This document shows, piece by piece, positions 19,668-28,707 of a stretch of 64,000 bases of DNA. Numbering within the stretch: the stretch's first letter is position 1; the number at the start of each line of letters is the position of its first letter. Origin of the DNA: Phycisphaerae bacterium (GTDB lineage: Bacteria > Planctomycetota > Phycisphaerae > SM23-33); contig DRGC01000021.1 in assembly GCA_011050235.1 (NCBI GenBank), forward strand, positions 6,081 to 70,080, read 5' to 3'. Position numbers and translations under genes: made by a program. The notes beneath the pieces are model-generated. The model ran no database searches and was not told where the DNA came from. It worked only from the letters and a program-made list of their open reading frames with translations.

Positions 19668-20013
19668 ATCACCCCTTGCCCGGCTGGATGACATGCTGGA
19701 GGCCGTGGAGAAAATCCTTCGGTACACGGCGGGAATGACCTCCGACCAACTCCAGGCCGACGCCAAGACGCTTGACGCGGTGATCATGAACTTCAGTGTC
19801 TTGGGGGAAGCCGCCTCGGCTGTGCCCGACGGGATCCAGTCGCGCTGGCCCGACATCCCCTGGCGCGTGATCACGGACATGCGAAATGTGATCACCCATC
19901 AATACTTCAAAGTATCTCCCGAAATCCTTTGGGAGACGATCCAAACGCAGGCGCCACCGCTGGCCGAGCAGCTTCGAGATCTTGTCCGAACACTGGAAGG
20001 GGAGTCCCCGTAG
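19657..20013 (+). CDS. HEPN / DUF86 (HepT-like) ribonuclease toxin
   Basis: R-X4-H-x-Y motif (RNVITHQY), LGEAA, IPW. Confidence 0.9.
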   Translation: MSPRSPLARLDDMLEAVEKILRYTAGMTSDQLQADAKTLDAVIMNFSVLGEAASAVPDGIQSRWPDIPWRVITDMRNVITHQYFKVSPEILWETIQTQAPPLAEQLRDLVRTLEGESP

Positions 20014-20086
20014 CGGCAAACCGGCACGGACCTTTCGCAGCGCCGTGTGGAAGTGGATTAATATGGGGACGCTTAATGTGGGGTGC

Positions 20087-20110
20087 CACGCTTCTGCTTG
20101 CAGAAGCGTG
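20087..20110. repeat. REP-like palindrome between convergent genes
   Basis: CACGCTTCTGC-TT-GCAGAAGCGTG perfect inverted repeat. Confidence 0.65.
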
Positions 20111-20114
20111 CGTT

Positions 20115-20930
20115 TCAATGGGGGATCTCAATCGTGCGTTGTTGGCCGAAGCTCTCGATGGTGATCGACCCGTCGGTGCTGACGTGGGCGATGGCGTAGG
20201 CGTTGTTTTCGAGGCCGGGGCCTTCGCACATGGCGCGGAGGGTGATGGTGGGGATGCCGGCGATGGTCTGGAGGTGGCCGGGGTGACAATGGCCTTGGAA
20301 GATGGCGCGGATGTTGCCGGCTGATTCGAGGATTGTTCGTGCGGCGGCGTGGTCGCAGACGACGTGCGGGTCGCGCCGGCCGTCGATTTCGCGGTAGTCG
20401 AGGTTGGCGTGGCAGAAGATGATCGTCGGCCTGTCGCCGGCGGCGGCGAGGTCGTCGGCCAGCCACGCCAGTTGTCGCTCCCCCAGCCAGGTGTCGGCCC
20501 AGTCGTCGGGCATGTGGCCGGGGCCGTGGTCCGAGCCGTCGCGGAAGTGGTTGCTGTCCAGGACGACAAAGTGAATGCCCGCCTTGTCGAAGCTGTAATA
20601 GGCGGGCCGCTGGCGGCCGGCGCAGGCGAGCAGGTCGTCCTTGGTCAGGCAGGCGACGTCGTGGTTGCCCAGGAGGGCGTGGCGGTCGCCGTCGAAGCGT
20701 TGGATTATTTCGGTCGCAGCCGTCAGGTAATCGGCCGGGTCGTTGGGGTCGTCTTCGAGCCGGTCGATGGTGTCGCCGAGATTGACGAGCATGTCGACGC
20801 CGCGCTGGATGAACGTGTCGATACACACCGCCAGCTTGGCCGGCGAGTCACTGAAATACCTCGTGTGCCAGACCCCCCGCCCACAGTGCGCATCAGCCAG
20901 CAGGCCGATGGTCAACGCCGTTGTGCTCAC
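20115..20930 (-). CDS. Calcineurin-like metallophosphoesterase
   Basis: ADAH, LGDTID, GNHD, FCH, GHCH motifs. GTG start. Confidence 0.9.
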   Translation of the reverse strand: MSTTALTIGLLADAHCGRGVWHTRYFSDSPAKLAVCIDTFIQRGVDMLVNLGDTIDRLEDDPNDPADYLTAATEIIQRFDGDRHALLGNHDVACLTKDDLLACAGRQRPAYYSFDKAGIHFVVLDSNHFRDGSDHGPGHMPDDWADTWLGERQLAWLADDLAAAGDRPTIIFCHANLDYREIDGRRDPHVVCDHAAARTILESAGNIRAIFQGHCHPGHLQTIAGIPTITLRAMCEGPGLENNAYAIAHVSTDGSITIESFGQQRTIEIPH

Positions 20931-20964
20931 GCGGGATCCTTTCGGTCAAGCGATCGGGCCGCGG

Positions 20965-21339
20965 TCAGGCTTTGATGTCGTGAGTCATGCCGATGGACTT
21001 GTTGAAGTTGTTGAACGCCGACATCATCGCCGCCACTTCCAGCGCCGCGGTGACTTCCTCATCGGTGGCGCCGGCCTTGAGCGACAGCGCGCGGTGGGCG
21101 TCCACGCAATATCCACAGCCCATTACGGCGCTGACGGCCACGCTGATCAGCTCCTTGGTCTTGGGGTCGAGCCCCTTGCCCGCCGCCTCGGACAAGCTCA
21201 GCATCGCCTGCAGGAAATCGCCGTTTCGGCCCATCGCCTGGAAGACCTCGGGCACGAAGCCGAACTTCTTCTCGATGCCTTCCTGTAGCTTGACAGCCTT
21301 CTCATCGCCGGTCTTGTTGTAGAGTTTCGCAATCGCCAT
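20965..21339 (-). CDS. Carboxymuconolactone decarboxylase / AhpD-like protein
   Basis: KELISVAVS..GCGYCVDAH (CxxC-xxxH). Confidence 0.88.
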   Translation of the reverse strand: MAIAKLYNKTGDEKAVKLQEGIEKKFGFVPEVFQAMGRNGDFLQAMLSLSEAAGKGLDPKTKELISVAVSAVMGCGYCVDAHRALSLKAGATDEEVTAALEVAAMMSAFNNFNKSIGMTHDIKA

Positions 21340-21399
21340 GGTGGAGTGTCCTTTTCGTTGTAGGGGGTTCGGTCAAACTATTGTAGCCGTCGTCGGCCG

Positions 21400-23106
21400 T
21401 CACGACTGGGTTGGTTGGGAGACGGTCTGTTGGCGGCGGATCATCGTGTAGCCGCCGGTCACGTTGCGGATGTTCCCCCGGCCGCGGTTGATCAGCATTC
21501 GCTGGGCAAGGTAGCTGCGATAGCCGGCCGCACAGTGGACGGCGACGGGTCCGTCGGCGGGCACCTCGGCGAGCCGACCTCGCAGGTCGTCGACGGGAAT
21601 GTGCAGCGCGCCATCGAGATGGCCCTTGGCGAACTCCGCGTCGGTTCGCACGTCCAGCACCACCGGCGGATGGTCGCTCGCCAGTTCGTCCAGCAGCTCG
21701 CCCGGCGTCATGGCGGGCATGAGTCCGCGGCGGATGTTGGCCCCGGCAAAGCCGGCCAGGATCACCACATCCTTGGCTGACCCGAACGGCGGAGCATAGC
21801 ACAGGTCGAGTTGCTCGAGGTCGTCGATGGTCAATCCGCCGACGATGGCGGTGGCGATGATGTCGATGCGCTTGTCCACGCCCTCGCCGCCGACGGCCTG
21901 GGCGCCCAGCAGTCGCCCGGTATCGGGGGCGAAGACGATCTTGAGCACCATCATCTGCGCGCCGGGGAAGTAGCTGGCGTGGCTGGGCCCGGGCATGTGG
22001 ACGATCTGGCAGGCGAGGCCTTCGGCGCGGGCCTGGGTTTCGGTCAGGCCGGTCCGGGCGGCCGACATCTCGCACACGCGCACCACGGCCGTGCCGAGAA
22101 CGCCCTTGAGGCTCAGCCGCCGGGGGTCGTCATCGGGTGCGTCTTGCAGGTCGAGCGCCATGTTCGCCCCGGCTGCTCTGCCGGCTTTGTTAGCCGGACC
22201 CGCCAGCGGAATGTTGACCGGCCGAGAGAGCACGAGATGGTTTGTCTCGCTGTTGTCGCCGGCGGCGTAGATCGACGGATCGTTGGTTCGCTGTAATGCA
22301 TCGACCTCGATCGCGCCGGTCGCCCCGAGCTCGACGCCCGCCTGCTGGGCGAGGTCCACGTTCGGCCGAACGCCGATGCCGAAGACGGCCAGATCGAACG
22401 GGATCCGCCGACCGCACCGCGTGACGGCCACGGATTGACCGTCCTCGTCGACGATTTCGGTCACCACGTCGGAAAGGATGATCTCGGCGCCCGCCTTGGT
22501 CAGCGCCTGCTGCAGCGGCAGGGCCATCTCCGGATCCATGGACCGCATCAGTTGGTGAGGCCTTTGGATCAGCGTGACGGCTAGGTCGCGGCGGAGAAGC
22601 TGCTCGGCTGTTTCGAGGCCGATGTACCCGCCGCCCATGACCAACGCTCGCTTGGGGTGGTTCTGGGACAGCCGCGCGATGATGCCGTCCACGTCGGGAA
22701 CGGTGTGGCAGGTGAAGATGTTGTCTCGCTCGATGCCGGGCGCCTCGGGCCGGGTGGGGCGGGCGCCGGTGGCCAGGAGGAGGCGGTCGTAGGTCAGTTG
22801 ATCGGTCGAGCCATTGGCCCGTTGGAACATCACGAGCTTGCGGCCGGGATCGACCGAGGTGACGGTGGTCTCGGTGCGGACGTCCACATTGAAGCGCTGG
22901 GCAAACTGCTTGGCCGAGACGACGAACAGCTTGTCGCGATCGGCGATCTCGCCGCCGACGTAATACGGCAGGCCGCAGTTGGCGAAGCTGATGAAGGGCC
23001 CAGCCTCCAGCAGGACGATCTCGACATCTTCGCTGACCCGGCGGGCCTTGGCGGCGGCCGACGCGCCAGCGGCCACGCCGCCGACGATGACGATACGTTT
23101 GGACAT
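21400..23106 (-). CDS. CoA-disulfide/persulfide reductase with C-terminal rhodanese domain
   Basis: GGVAAG, SFANCGLPY redox Cys, GGGYIGLE, YAPPF, C-terminal LDVR..HCAAGYRS rhodanese. Confidence 0.92.
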   Translation of the reverse strand: MSKRIVIVGGVAAGASAAAKARRVSEDVEIVLLEAGPFISFANCGLPYYVGGEIADRDKLFVVSAKQFAQRFNVDVRTETTVTSVDPGRKLVMFQRANGSTDQLTYDRLLLATGARPTRPEAPGIERDNIFTCHTVPDVDGIIARLSQNHPKRALVMGGGYIGLETAEQLLRRDLAVTLIQRPHQLMRSMDPEMALPLQQALTKAGAEIILSDVVTEIVDEDGQSVAVTRCGRRIPFDLAVFGIGVRPNVDLAQQAGVELGATGAIEVDALQRTNDPSIYAAGDNSETNHLVLSRPVNIPLAGPANKAGRAAGANMALDLQDAPDDDPRRLSLKGVLGTAVVRVCEMSAARTGLTETQARAEGLACQIVHMPGPSHASYFPGAQMMVLKIVFAPDTGRLLGAQAVGGEGVDKRIDIIATAIVGGLTIDDLEQLDLCYAPPFGSAKDVVILAGFAGANIRRGLMPAMTPGELLDELASDHPPVVLDVRTDAEFAKGHLDGALHIPVDDLRGRLAEVPADGPVAVHCAAGYRSYLAQRMLINRGRGNIRNVTGGYTMIRRQQTVSQPTQS

Positions 23107-23119
23107 GTGTCTGTCTCCA

Positions 23120-23299
23120 CTATGGGTTGATCAGATACCACGCCACCGCTGCGCCGAACGCCGCACCGGCCAGGATGGTGAACACCAGATTCGATCGCGG
23201 GCGGCAGGCTTGGCTGCTGCACACGCCCGCTCGCCCCAGCAGCAGCCCACCGGCCGCCCCCACCGCCGCGCCCAACAGGACTTTGACTGCGATTTCCAT
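23120..23299 (-). CDS. Small two-TM membrane protein with CxxxC loop (DUF6132-like)
   Basis: Manual translation MEIAVKVLLGAAVGAAGGLLLGRAGVCSSQACRPRSNLVFTILAGAAFGAAVAWYLINP (59 aa). Fills the gap between arsR and the reductase. Not in the ORF track. Confidence 0.75.
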   Translation of the reverse strand: MEIAVKVLLGAAVGAAGGLLLGRAGVCSSQACRPRSNLVFTILAGAAFGAAVAWYLINP

Positions 23300-23303
23300 G
23301 GTC

Positions 23304-23627
23304 TCAGCGCCTTCGCCCGCGGGGGGCGTTGCGATACATGCACTGCAGAAGGCTCTTGGCGACGGGGTGCACCACGCGGTAGTACACGCGGCGGCCGTCG
23401 CGATGGCGGCGGACGATGCTGTGGGCCGCCATCCCGCTGAGGTGCTGGCTGACGGCGTTGGGGGCCAAATCCAACCGCTCGGCCACGTCGGCGACGGTGA
23501 CGTCCTCGCGCAGGAGCAGGTCGACGATCCGCAGCCGATCGGGGTGCCCCAGCACCCGCAGGACCGGCGCGATCTTGGAAAAGACCTCGTCGGGTAGCGA
23601 TGGTTTGGCCCGGGCCTTGGTAGTCAT
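23304..23627 (-). CDS. ArsR/SmtB-family transcriptional regulator
   Basis: LGHPDRLRIV, AVSQHL, RDGRRVYY. Confidence 0.92.
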   Translation of the reverse strand: MTTKARAKPSLPDEVFSKIAPVLRVLGHPDRLRIVDLLLREDVTVADVAERLDLAPNAVSQHLSGMAAHSIVRRHRDGRRVYYRVVHPVAKSLLQCMYRNAPRGRRR

Positions 23628-23633
23628 ACAATC

Positions 23634-23662
23634 AAGATATCAAGATAGTCTGATATAGTCAA
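23634..23662 (-). promoter_or_regulatory. Sigma-70 promoter with overlapping palindromic operator
   Basis: TTGACT-17 nt-TATCTT-6 nt-ATG. Inverted repeat ATATCA-N8-TGATAT at 23637-23656. Confidence 0.8.
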
Positions 23663-23711
23663 GGCGCGATTCCAGTTTTTCTTGTTCGAGACATGGCGCG
23701 ACATATGCGAG

Positions 23712-24530
23712 CTATCGCCCGCTGAGGCTGATGCTGGTGTCGGTTTTCGATTGCGGCCGGCCTCCGGCGACGCCGGCGGCGTTGGCGTAGATCTCGTCGC
23801 CGCGGATGCCGCAGGCGGAATCATCCGCATCCTGCCATTGGTAAGCCCCGCTGAAAAGCAGGTATCCCGTCCCTTCCTTGGGATGGTTGGAAGGCCGTCG
23901 ATTCGGGCCGATCGGTTCACCGGGGCTGCGGTCGGCGAAGATCACCATGCTGCCGTCGAGTGCGTCGGAGAACGGTGCGGGGTTCGGGTTGCCCTGAGCG
24001 TCCAGAACGTACGGCCAGTGCATCCCGTAGGAATACTCATAAGCGCTCGTCCAGCCATAGCGGCTAGAGGTGGCGCGCTCCTCCCAGTTGCGGTCGGCTG
24101 GGCAACGGAAGGTCCTCGTCATGGCAAGCTCCTCCTTGATCAGCAGCCAGACGTTCTGCATCGCCTGGTCGCCGAGAGCAGTTTCCCATTGTCCCGTGTC
24201 GTAGTCGTCGTCTGTCCCATTGGCCTGCGTGGGCGGACCGTTGGCGCCGCCGCCGACCGTCTCGTTGGATTTGATTATCGGGGACAGATCGTTGTTCTCG
24301 GCCATGTAAAGGGCAACGGCCTTGCCGATACCCATCAGATTCGCCTGGCACATGGTGCTGATATGGCCGCCATGGTGGCCCCGAAGACGCAGGATGGTCG
24401 GCAAGAATGACACCACCGCGAAGCCGCCGATGATGCTGGCAATGATGATCATCCCCAGCTTAGCGCCGCTGGCCTTGCCGGGCGCGCGTGGCGGCCCCTG
24501 AGTCGGAGGGGGCGTAACCGAATCGTTCAT
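23712..24530 (-). CDS. DUF1559-like membrane-anchored protein
   Basis: Pro-rich N-terminus, TM helix, CQANLMGIGKA..Y, FRCPAD, SYGM, PSNH. Start re-called at MNDSVTPPP. Confidence 0.7.
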   Translation of the reverse strand: MNDSVTPPPTQGPPRAPGKASGAKLGMIIIASIIGGFAVVSFLPTILRLRGHHGGHISTMCQANLMGIGKAVALYMAENNDLSPIIKSNETVGGGANGPPTQANGTDDDYDTGQWETALGDQAMQNVWLLIKEELAMTRTFRCPADRNWEERATSSRYGWTSAYEYSYGMHWPYVLDAQGNPNPAPFSDALDGSMVIFADRSPGEPIGPNRRPSNHPKEGTGYLLFSGAYQWQDADDSACGIRGDEIYANAAGVAGGRPQSKTDTSISLSGR

Positions 24531-24535
24531 GGGGG

Positions 24536-25696
24536 TTATCCCTTCTGACTCGATGGATCGATAGGCTCGGTGTTGCCGGCATCCTTCTTGAGGTAGAGCG
24601 TTTGGGTCGGGAAGGCGAACTCGATGCCTTCGTCGTTGAAGCGTTGGAGCAGTTCCATGTTGAAATCGTGAGTGAAGTCCAAGTAGGGCTCCCATTCCGG
24701 CGGCGTGAACCAGTAGGTCACGCCGATGTTGAGGCTGTCGGCGTTGAAGTCGGTGAAGTGGACGCGCCCCTTGCGGTCTTCGGGGAACGAATCGGCCCGG
24801 GCGGCGAGCATCTCCTTGAGGATCGCCACGGCTCGCCTGACCTTCTCCGGCGAGGTGTCGTAGGTGACGGTCACAGCCAACGAGCGTTTGATGTAGGTCC
24901 GACGGGAGACGTTCTCGATGGTCTCGTTGGCAATCACGGCGTTGGGGATGATGACCTGATTGCCGGTCAGCGTGCGGATGCGGGTCGAGCGAAAGCCCAC
25001 CTCCTCGATGAAGCCGTCGTGGCCGTGCACGCGGATGCGGTCGTCCTTGTGGAACGGCCGATCCGCGAAGATCGTTATCGACCCGAACAGGTTGGCGATC
25101 GTGTCCTTGGCCGCCAGGGCGAACGCCAAGCCGCCCAGCCCAAGACCCGCCAGCAGTGTTCCGATGTCGGCCTGGAAGCCTTTCTTGGCGACGTACAGAG
25201 CAGCGATGATGACGACGAACACCCGCAGCGCCTTGCGGATCAGCGGCACGAGTTGGTTGTCCAGAGGTGTGTCGGTGCGGTCGGCCAATCTGAGGAGGTA
25301 GTGCTCGACGACGTCCACGAGGCGATAGATCAGCCAGCCAACGCCCAGCGACGCCGCCAACCGGACGGCCTGGTCCCAGATGTGGGCCAGCGTCGTGCCC
25401 TCGTCGCCCAGGGGAACGCTCAGGTCCATGAAGAAGCGCGACAGGTACGCCCCGAGCACCACCAGCAGCATGATGGCCGGGCGCTCAATCGACCGGAACG
25501 TGGCCTCCAGCCCCTGCCAGCCGGGCCGCGCCGCCAGATGGTCGGCATGGCGGATCAGCAGGAAGGAGAGCGTCTTGCCCAAGACCATAGAGCCGAAGAT
25601 CACGCCCAGCAGCGACGCCCATCGCCACGGCTCGTTGTCCAGAATCCACGGCCGGTAGAACCAACCGCCCAAGTTTGCCAATAATGTTACTGTCAT
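24536..25696 (-). CDS. mscS: Small-conductance mechanosensitive channel
   Basis: LLAGLGLGGLAFALAAKDTIANLFG, DRPF, GFRSTRIRT, GIEFAFPTQT. Confidence 0.92.
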   Translation of the reverse strand: MTVTLLANLGGWFYRPWILDNEPWRWASLLGVIFGSMVLGKTLSFLLIRHADHLAARPGWQGLEATFRSIERPAIMLLVVLGAYLSRFFMDLSVPLGDEGTTLAHIWDQAVRLAASLGVGWLIYRLVDVVEHYLLRLADRTDTPLDNQLVPLIRKALRVFVVIIAALYVAKKGFQADIGTLLAGLGLGGLAFALAAKDTIANLFGSITIFADRPFHKDDRIRVHGHDGFIEEVGFRSTRIRTLTGNQVIIPNAVIANETIENVSRRTYIKRSLAVTVTYDTSPEKVRRAVAILKEMLAARADSFPEDRKGRVHFTDFNADSLNIGVTYWFTPPEWEPYLDFTHDFNMELLQRFNDEGIEFAFPTQTLYLKKDAGNTEPIDPSSQKG

Positions 25697-25820
25697 CTCG
25701 ATCAACTCCCTGTGGGCCGCTCGCACTGTCGCTTGCCCGGTCGCCTCGGACAATAGCCTACCGTCGGGCGGTTGTCATGCAAGGGGCTGGGGGATATAGT
25801 CCACGCGCAAGGAGAAAGCA

Positions 25821-26720
25821 ATGGGCGAGCAGACACGACGCGTGGGCTTTGTAGGCACGGGCATCATGGGCGGGCCGATGGCGGCCAACTGCATCCAGGC
25901 CGGCTTTGCCGTCACCGTCTTCAACCGCACCGCCGCCAAGACCAAACCGCTGGCCGATGCGGGGGCGACCGTGGCCGACTCCCCTGCCGCCGTGGCGGCC
26001 GCCAGTGATATTGTCTGCTCGTGCGTGACAGCCGACGCCGACGTGCTGAGCGTCGTGCTGGATGAGCGGACGGGCATCATCGCCGGCGCGGAATCGGGGA
26101 CGATCGTCGTCGACCACTCGACCGTCTCGCCCGGCGTGGCCGTCCAGTGCGCCGAGGCGCTGCGGGCCAAAGGCGTCGGCTACCTCGATGCACCGATCTC
26201 CGGCGGGGACGTGGGCGCCAAGGCCGGCACGCTGAGCATCATGGTCGGCGGCGAGCGGGCCGACTTCGACCGCGCGCTGCCCGTGCTGGAGGCGATGGGC
26301 AAGACGGTGACCTATTGCGGCAAGACGGGGGCGGGCTACACCGTCAAGCTGTGCAACCAGATTCTTGGCGGGCTGCACCTGGTCGCCGCCGCCGAGGCGA
26401 TCTCACTGGCCAAGGCCGCCGGCGTGGACCTGGAGGCGATGCTGCAGGCGGTCTGCTCGGGAGCGGCCGGCAGTTGGATCCTATCCAACCTCGGGCCCAA
26501 GATGGTCGCCGGCGACGACAAGCCGGGCTTCTTCATCGACTACCAGCTCAAGGACCTCAAACTCGCCACCGCAGCGGCCGACAAACTCGACCTCCCCCTA
26601 CCGGGCGCAGCCCTGGCGACCCAACTCATGAAAGCGGCCTCCGCCCAAGGCCACGGCCGAGACGGCACCCAAGCCATCTTCCACGTCATTCAATCCCTAG
26701 CCGCCAACAGATCCGACTAG
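25821..26720 (+). CDS. NAD(P)-dependent oxidoreductase, 3-hydroxyisobutyrate/tartronate-semialdehyde reductase family
   Basis: GFVGTGIMG, DAPISGG, GTLSIMVGG, KLCNQ, KDL. Confidence 0.92.
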   Translation: MGEQTRRVGFVGTGIMGGPMAANCIQAGFAVTVFNRTAAKTKPLADAGATVADSPAAVAAASDIVCSCVTADADVLSVVLDERTGIIAGAESGTIVVDHSTVSPGVAVQCAEALRAKGVGYLDAPISGGDVGAKAGTLSIMVGGERADFDRALPVLEAMGKTVTYCGKTGAGYTVKLCNQILGGLHLVAAAEAISLAKAAGVDLEAMLQAVCSGAAGSWILSNLGPKMVAGDDKPGFFIDYQLKDLKLATAAADKLDLPLPGAALATQLMKAASAQGHGRDGTQAIFHVIQSLAANRSD

Positions 26721-26771
26721 CTCCCATCCCCCCCCCCGCCCACGCGCACCCCCAGAGCCCAGCCCATTGGG

Positions 26772-28259
26772 TTAGCTTCGTTTCTCGATCTGTCTTATGA
26801 GGTTGGCGAAAACGAAGTGGTGGCAGGGCATGAGTGCGTACCAATACAAGCGCCCGAGAATGCTGGTCGTGTGGTAGAACGCCGTTACCGCCAGGGCCCT
26901 GGCGCCGTCGCGGTCGGTGATGGTGAATTCCAGCCACGCTTGGCCGGGCAGCTTCATCTCCGCACGCAGGAGTAGCTTGTTGTTCGGCTGCAGGTCTTCG
27001 ACCCGCCAGAAGCCCACCACGTCGTTGATCTTCAGGGCCGAGACGCTCCTGCGTCCACGCGAAGAACCGACCCCAAGAAGAAGCTTGTCGATTTGACCTC
27101 GAAGGCGCCACAGCCAGTTGCTGTGAAACCAACCCTCCCTGCCGCCGACCTTGCAGATGGAACCGAAGAGCGAGGCGGCGGTCTTGACGGTGGTCAATGA
27201 GTAGGAGGCGGTGTACGTCGGCGCCGCGTCCAGCTCATGCAGCTTCACCGCCAGTTCATGGGCGGGTGGATAGGCGTCTGACCACCGGGTATGCACGCGG
27301 TCCTGCTGCTGGCGAGACATGGCCGTGACGATGGCCTGTCGATACGTGAGCAGCGGGAATGGAAGGTGGTGCTGGATGGTCCGGTCCCGGCAGACGACTT
27401 CGTTGGCCAGTCCCTCCATCAGACAGCGAGTGATGGGTGCGGCGACGGGCGTGATCAGGCTGCCGAAGTAGGCGAACAAGCTGATGTTCATGGAGGCAAC
27501 GCGCAGAAAGAATCGTTTCTTTCCCAGCAGTTCGGCCATGCCGGCCAACATCTGCTCATAGGTCAGAATGTCCACGCCCCCGATGTCAAAGTCCTGTCCA
27601 GCCGTTTCGGGTGTTTCCAAGACGCCGACGAGATACTTAATGACGTCGCGGATGGCGATCGGTTGACACTTGTTCCTGGCCCAATCGGGAACCAGGATGA
27701 CAGGGAAGTTCCTCACCAAATGCTCGATGATCTCGTAGGACGCGCTGCCCGCGCCGATGATGATTGCCGCCCGAAGGGTCGTCACCGGAACAGCGCCACG
27801 GGCGAGCTCCTTGGCAATTCGGATACGACTTCGCAAATGCTCGGACAGCGGCTGTCGCGCATCGCCCAGGCCTCCCAGATAGATGATGCGGGACACGCCT
27901 GCGCGCTCGGCCGCTCTTCGGAAGTTGACCGCGGCCTGAAGATCAGCGGCCAGGAACCGCTCAGGCCCAAGGAGAAGAGAGTGGATCAGGTAGTACGCGG
28001 CGTGGACATCCTTCAGGGCCTGGTCGAGGCTTTTCGGCTGGAGGGCGTCGGCGACGACGATCTCGGCGTCGGGCCATCGCGTCTGGTATTCCGGGGACGC
28101 GGCCCGAACCATCGCTCGGACCTGGTACCCACGGGCCAGCAGCTCCGGCGTCAGGCGCCCGCCAATATAACCGGAGGCGCCCGTCACCAGGATCTTTCCT
28201 ATCTCCGGCTGGCTTGTGGACGGTAGGTCATGGCAGAAAGGTTTTTCTGTGGGCTCCAT
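26772..28259 (-). CDS. Atypical SDR oxidoreductase with DUF2867 (YbjT-like)
   Basis: LVTGASGYIGGRL, YYLIHS, LRAAIIIG.GS.S, FWRVE, LRAEMKLPG.AWL. Start re-called at MEPTEK. Confidence 0.88.
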   Translation of the reverse strand: MEPTEKPFCHDLPSTSQPEIGKILVTGASGYIGGRLTPELLARGYQVRAMVRAASPEYQTRWPDAEIVVADALQPKSLDQALKDVHAAYYLIHSLLLGPERFLAADLQAAVNFRRAAERAGVSRIIYLGGLGDARQPLSEHLRSRIRIAKELARGAVPVTTLRAAIIIGAGSASYEIIEHLVRNFPVILVPDWARNKCQPIAIRDVIKYLVGVLETPETAGQDFDIGGVDILTYEQMLAGMAELLGKKRFFLRVASMNISLFAYFGSLITPVAAPITRCLMEGLANEVVCRDRTIQHHLPFPLLTYRQAIVTAMSRQQQDRVHTRWSDAYPPAHELAVKLHELDAAPTYTASYSLTTVKTAASLFGSICKVGGREGWFHSNWLWRLRGQIDKLLLGVGSSRGRRSVSALKINDVVGFWRVEDLQPNNKLLLRAEMKLPGQAWLEFTITDRDGARALAVTAFYHTTSILGRLYWYALMPCHHFVFANLIRQIEKRS

Positions 28260-28707
28260 ATGGCGTTCTATGGATGGTCTCGAATCACGCGGCCGTGGTG
28301 AAGCGCCTGCTGGTCTGTTGCATCGCTGCGCCCTTCTCGGCTGCCTCATTACGGATGTGAGCCGCTTACCGAATGATAGGGCCCGGAGACGACGACGCAA
28401 TGCCTATGCATCCCGAGAACGTCATCCGGGGTAGATAAGCAGCGATTGGAGCTCTGTCCCCGCAGAAAACTCCGTGCGGCCAATGAGCGGACGCGGCTGG
28501 CTAATCGGTGGCCTTGAACGCAGTAGTCGGGAGCGTGCTTTGCACGCACGTGTCCTGTGTGCGTGAGTCCGCCTCAACTGAGCTGGCCGAAGTCAGAGGA
28601 CCCACCCTCCTGAACCGCCGACGTCCCCTGCCCTCCGCGGCCGTGGCCGGGACAAAATCCGGGCCGTCTTCGATGTCCTGCAATTCCTTGCTGGCGGCGC
28701 TGCGCGG

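Noticed and set aside
28570..28660. CCTGAACCGCCG resembling the start of group II intron domain V
   Set aside because: The rest of domains V/VI is absent and there is no RT ORF; the match is too short to support
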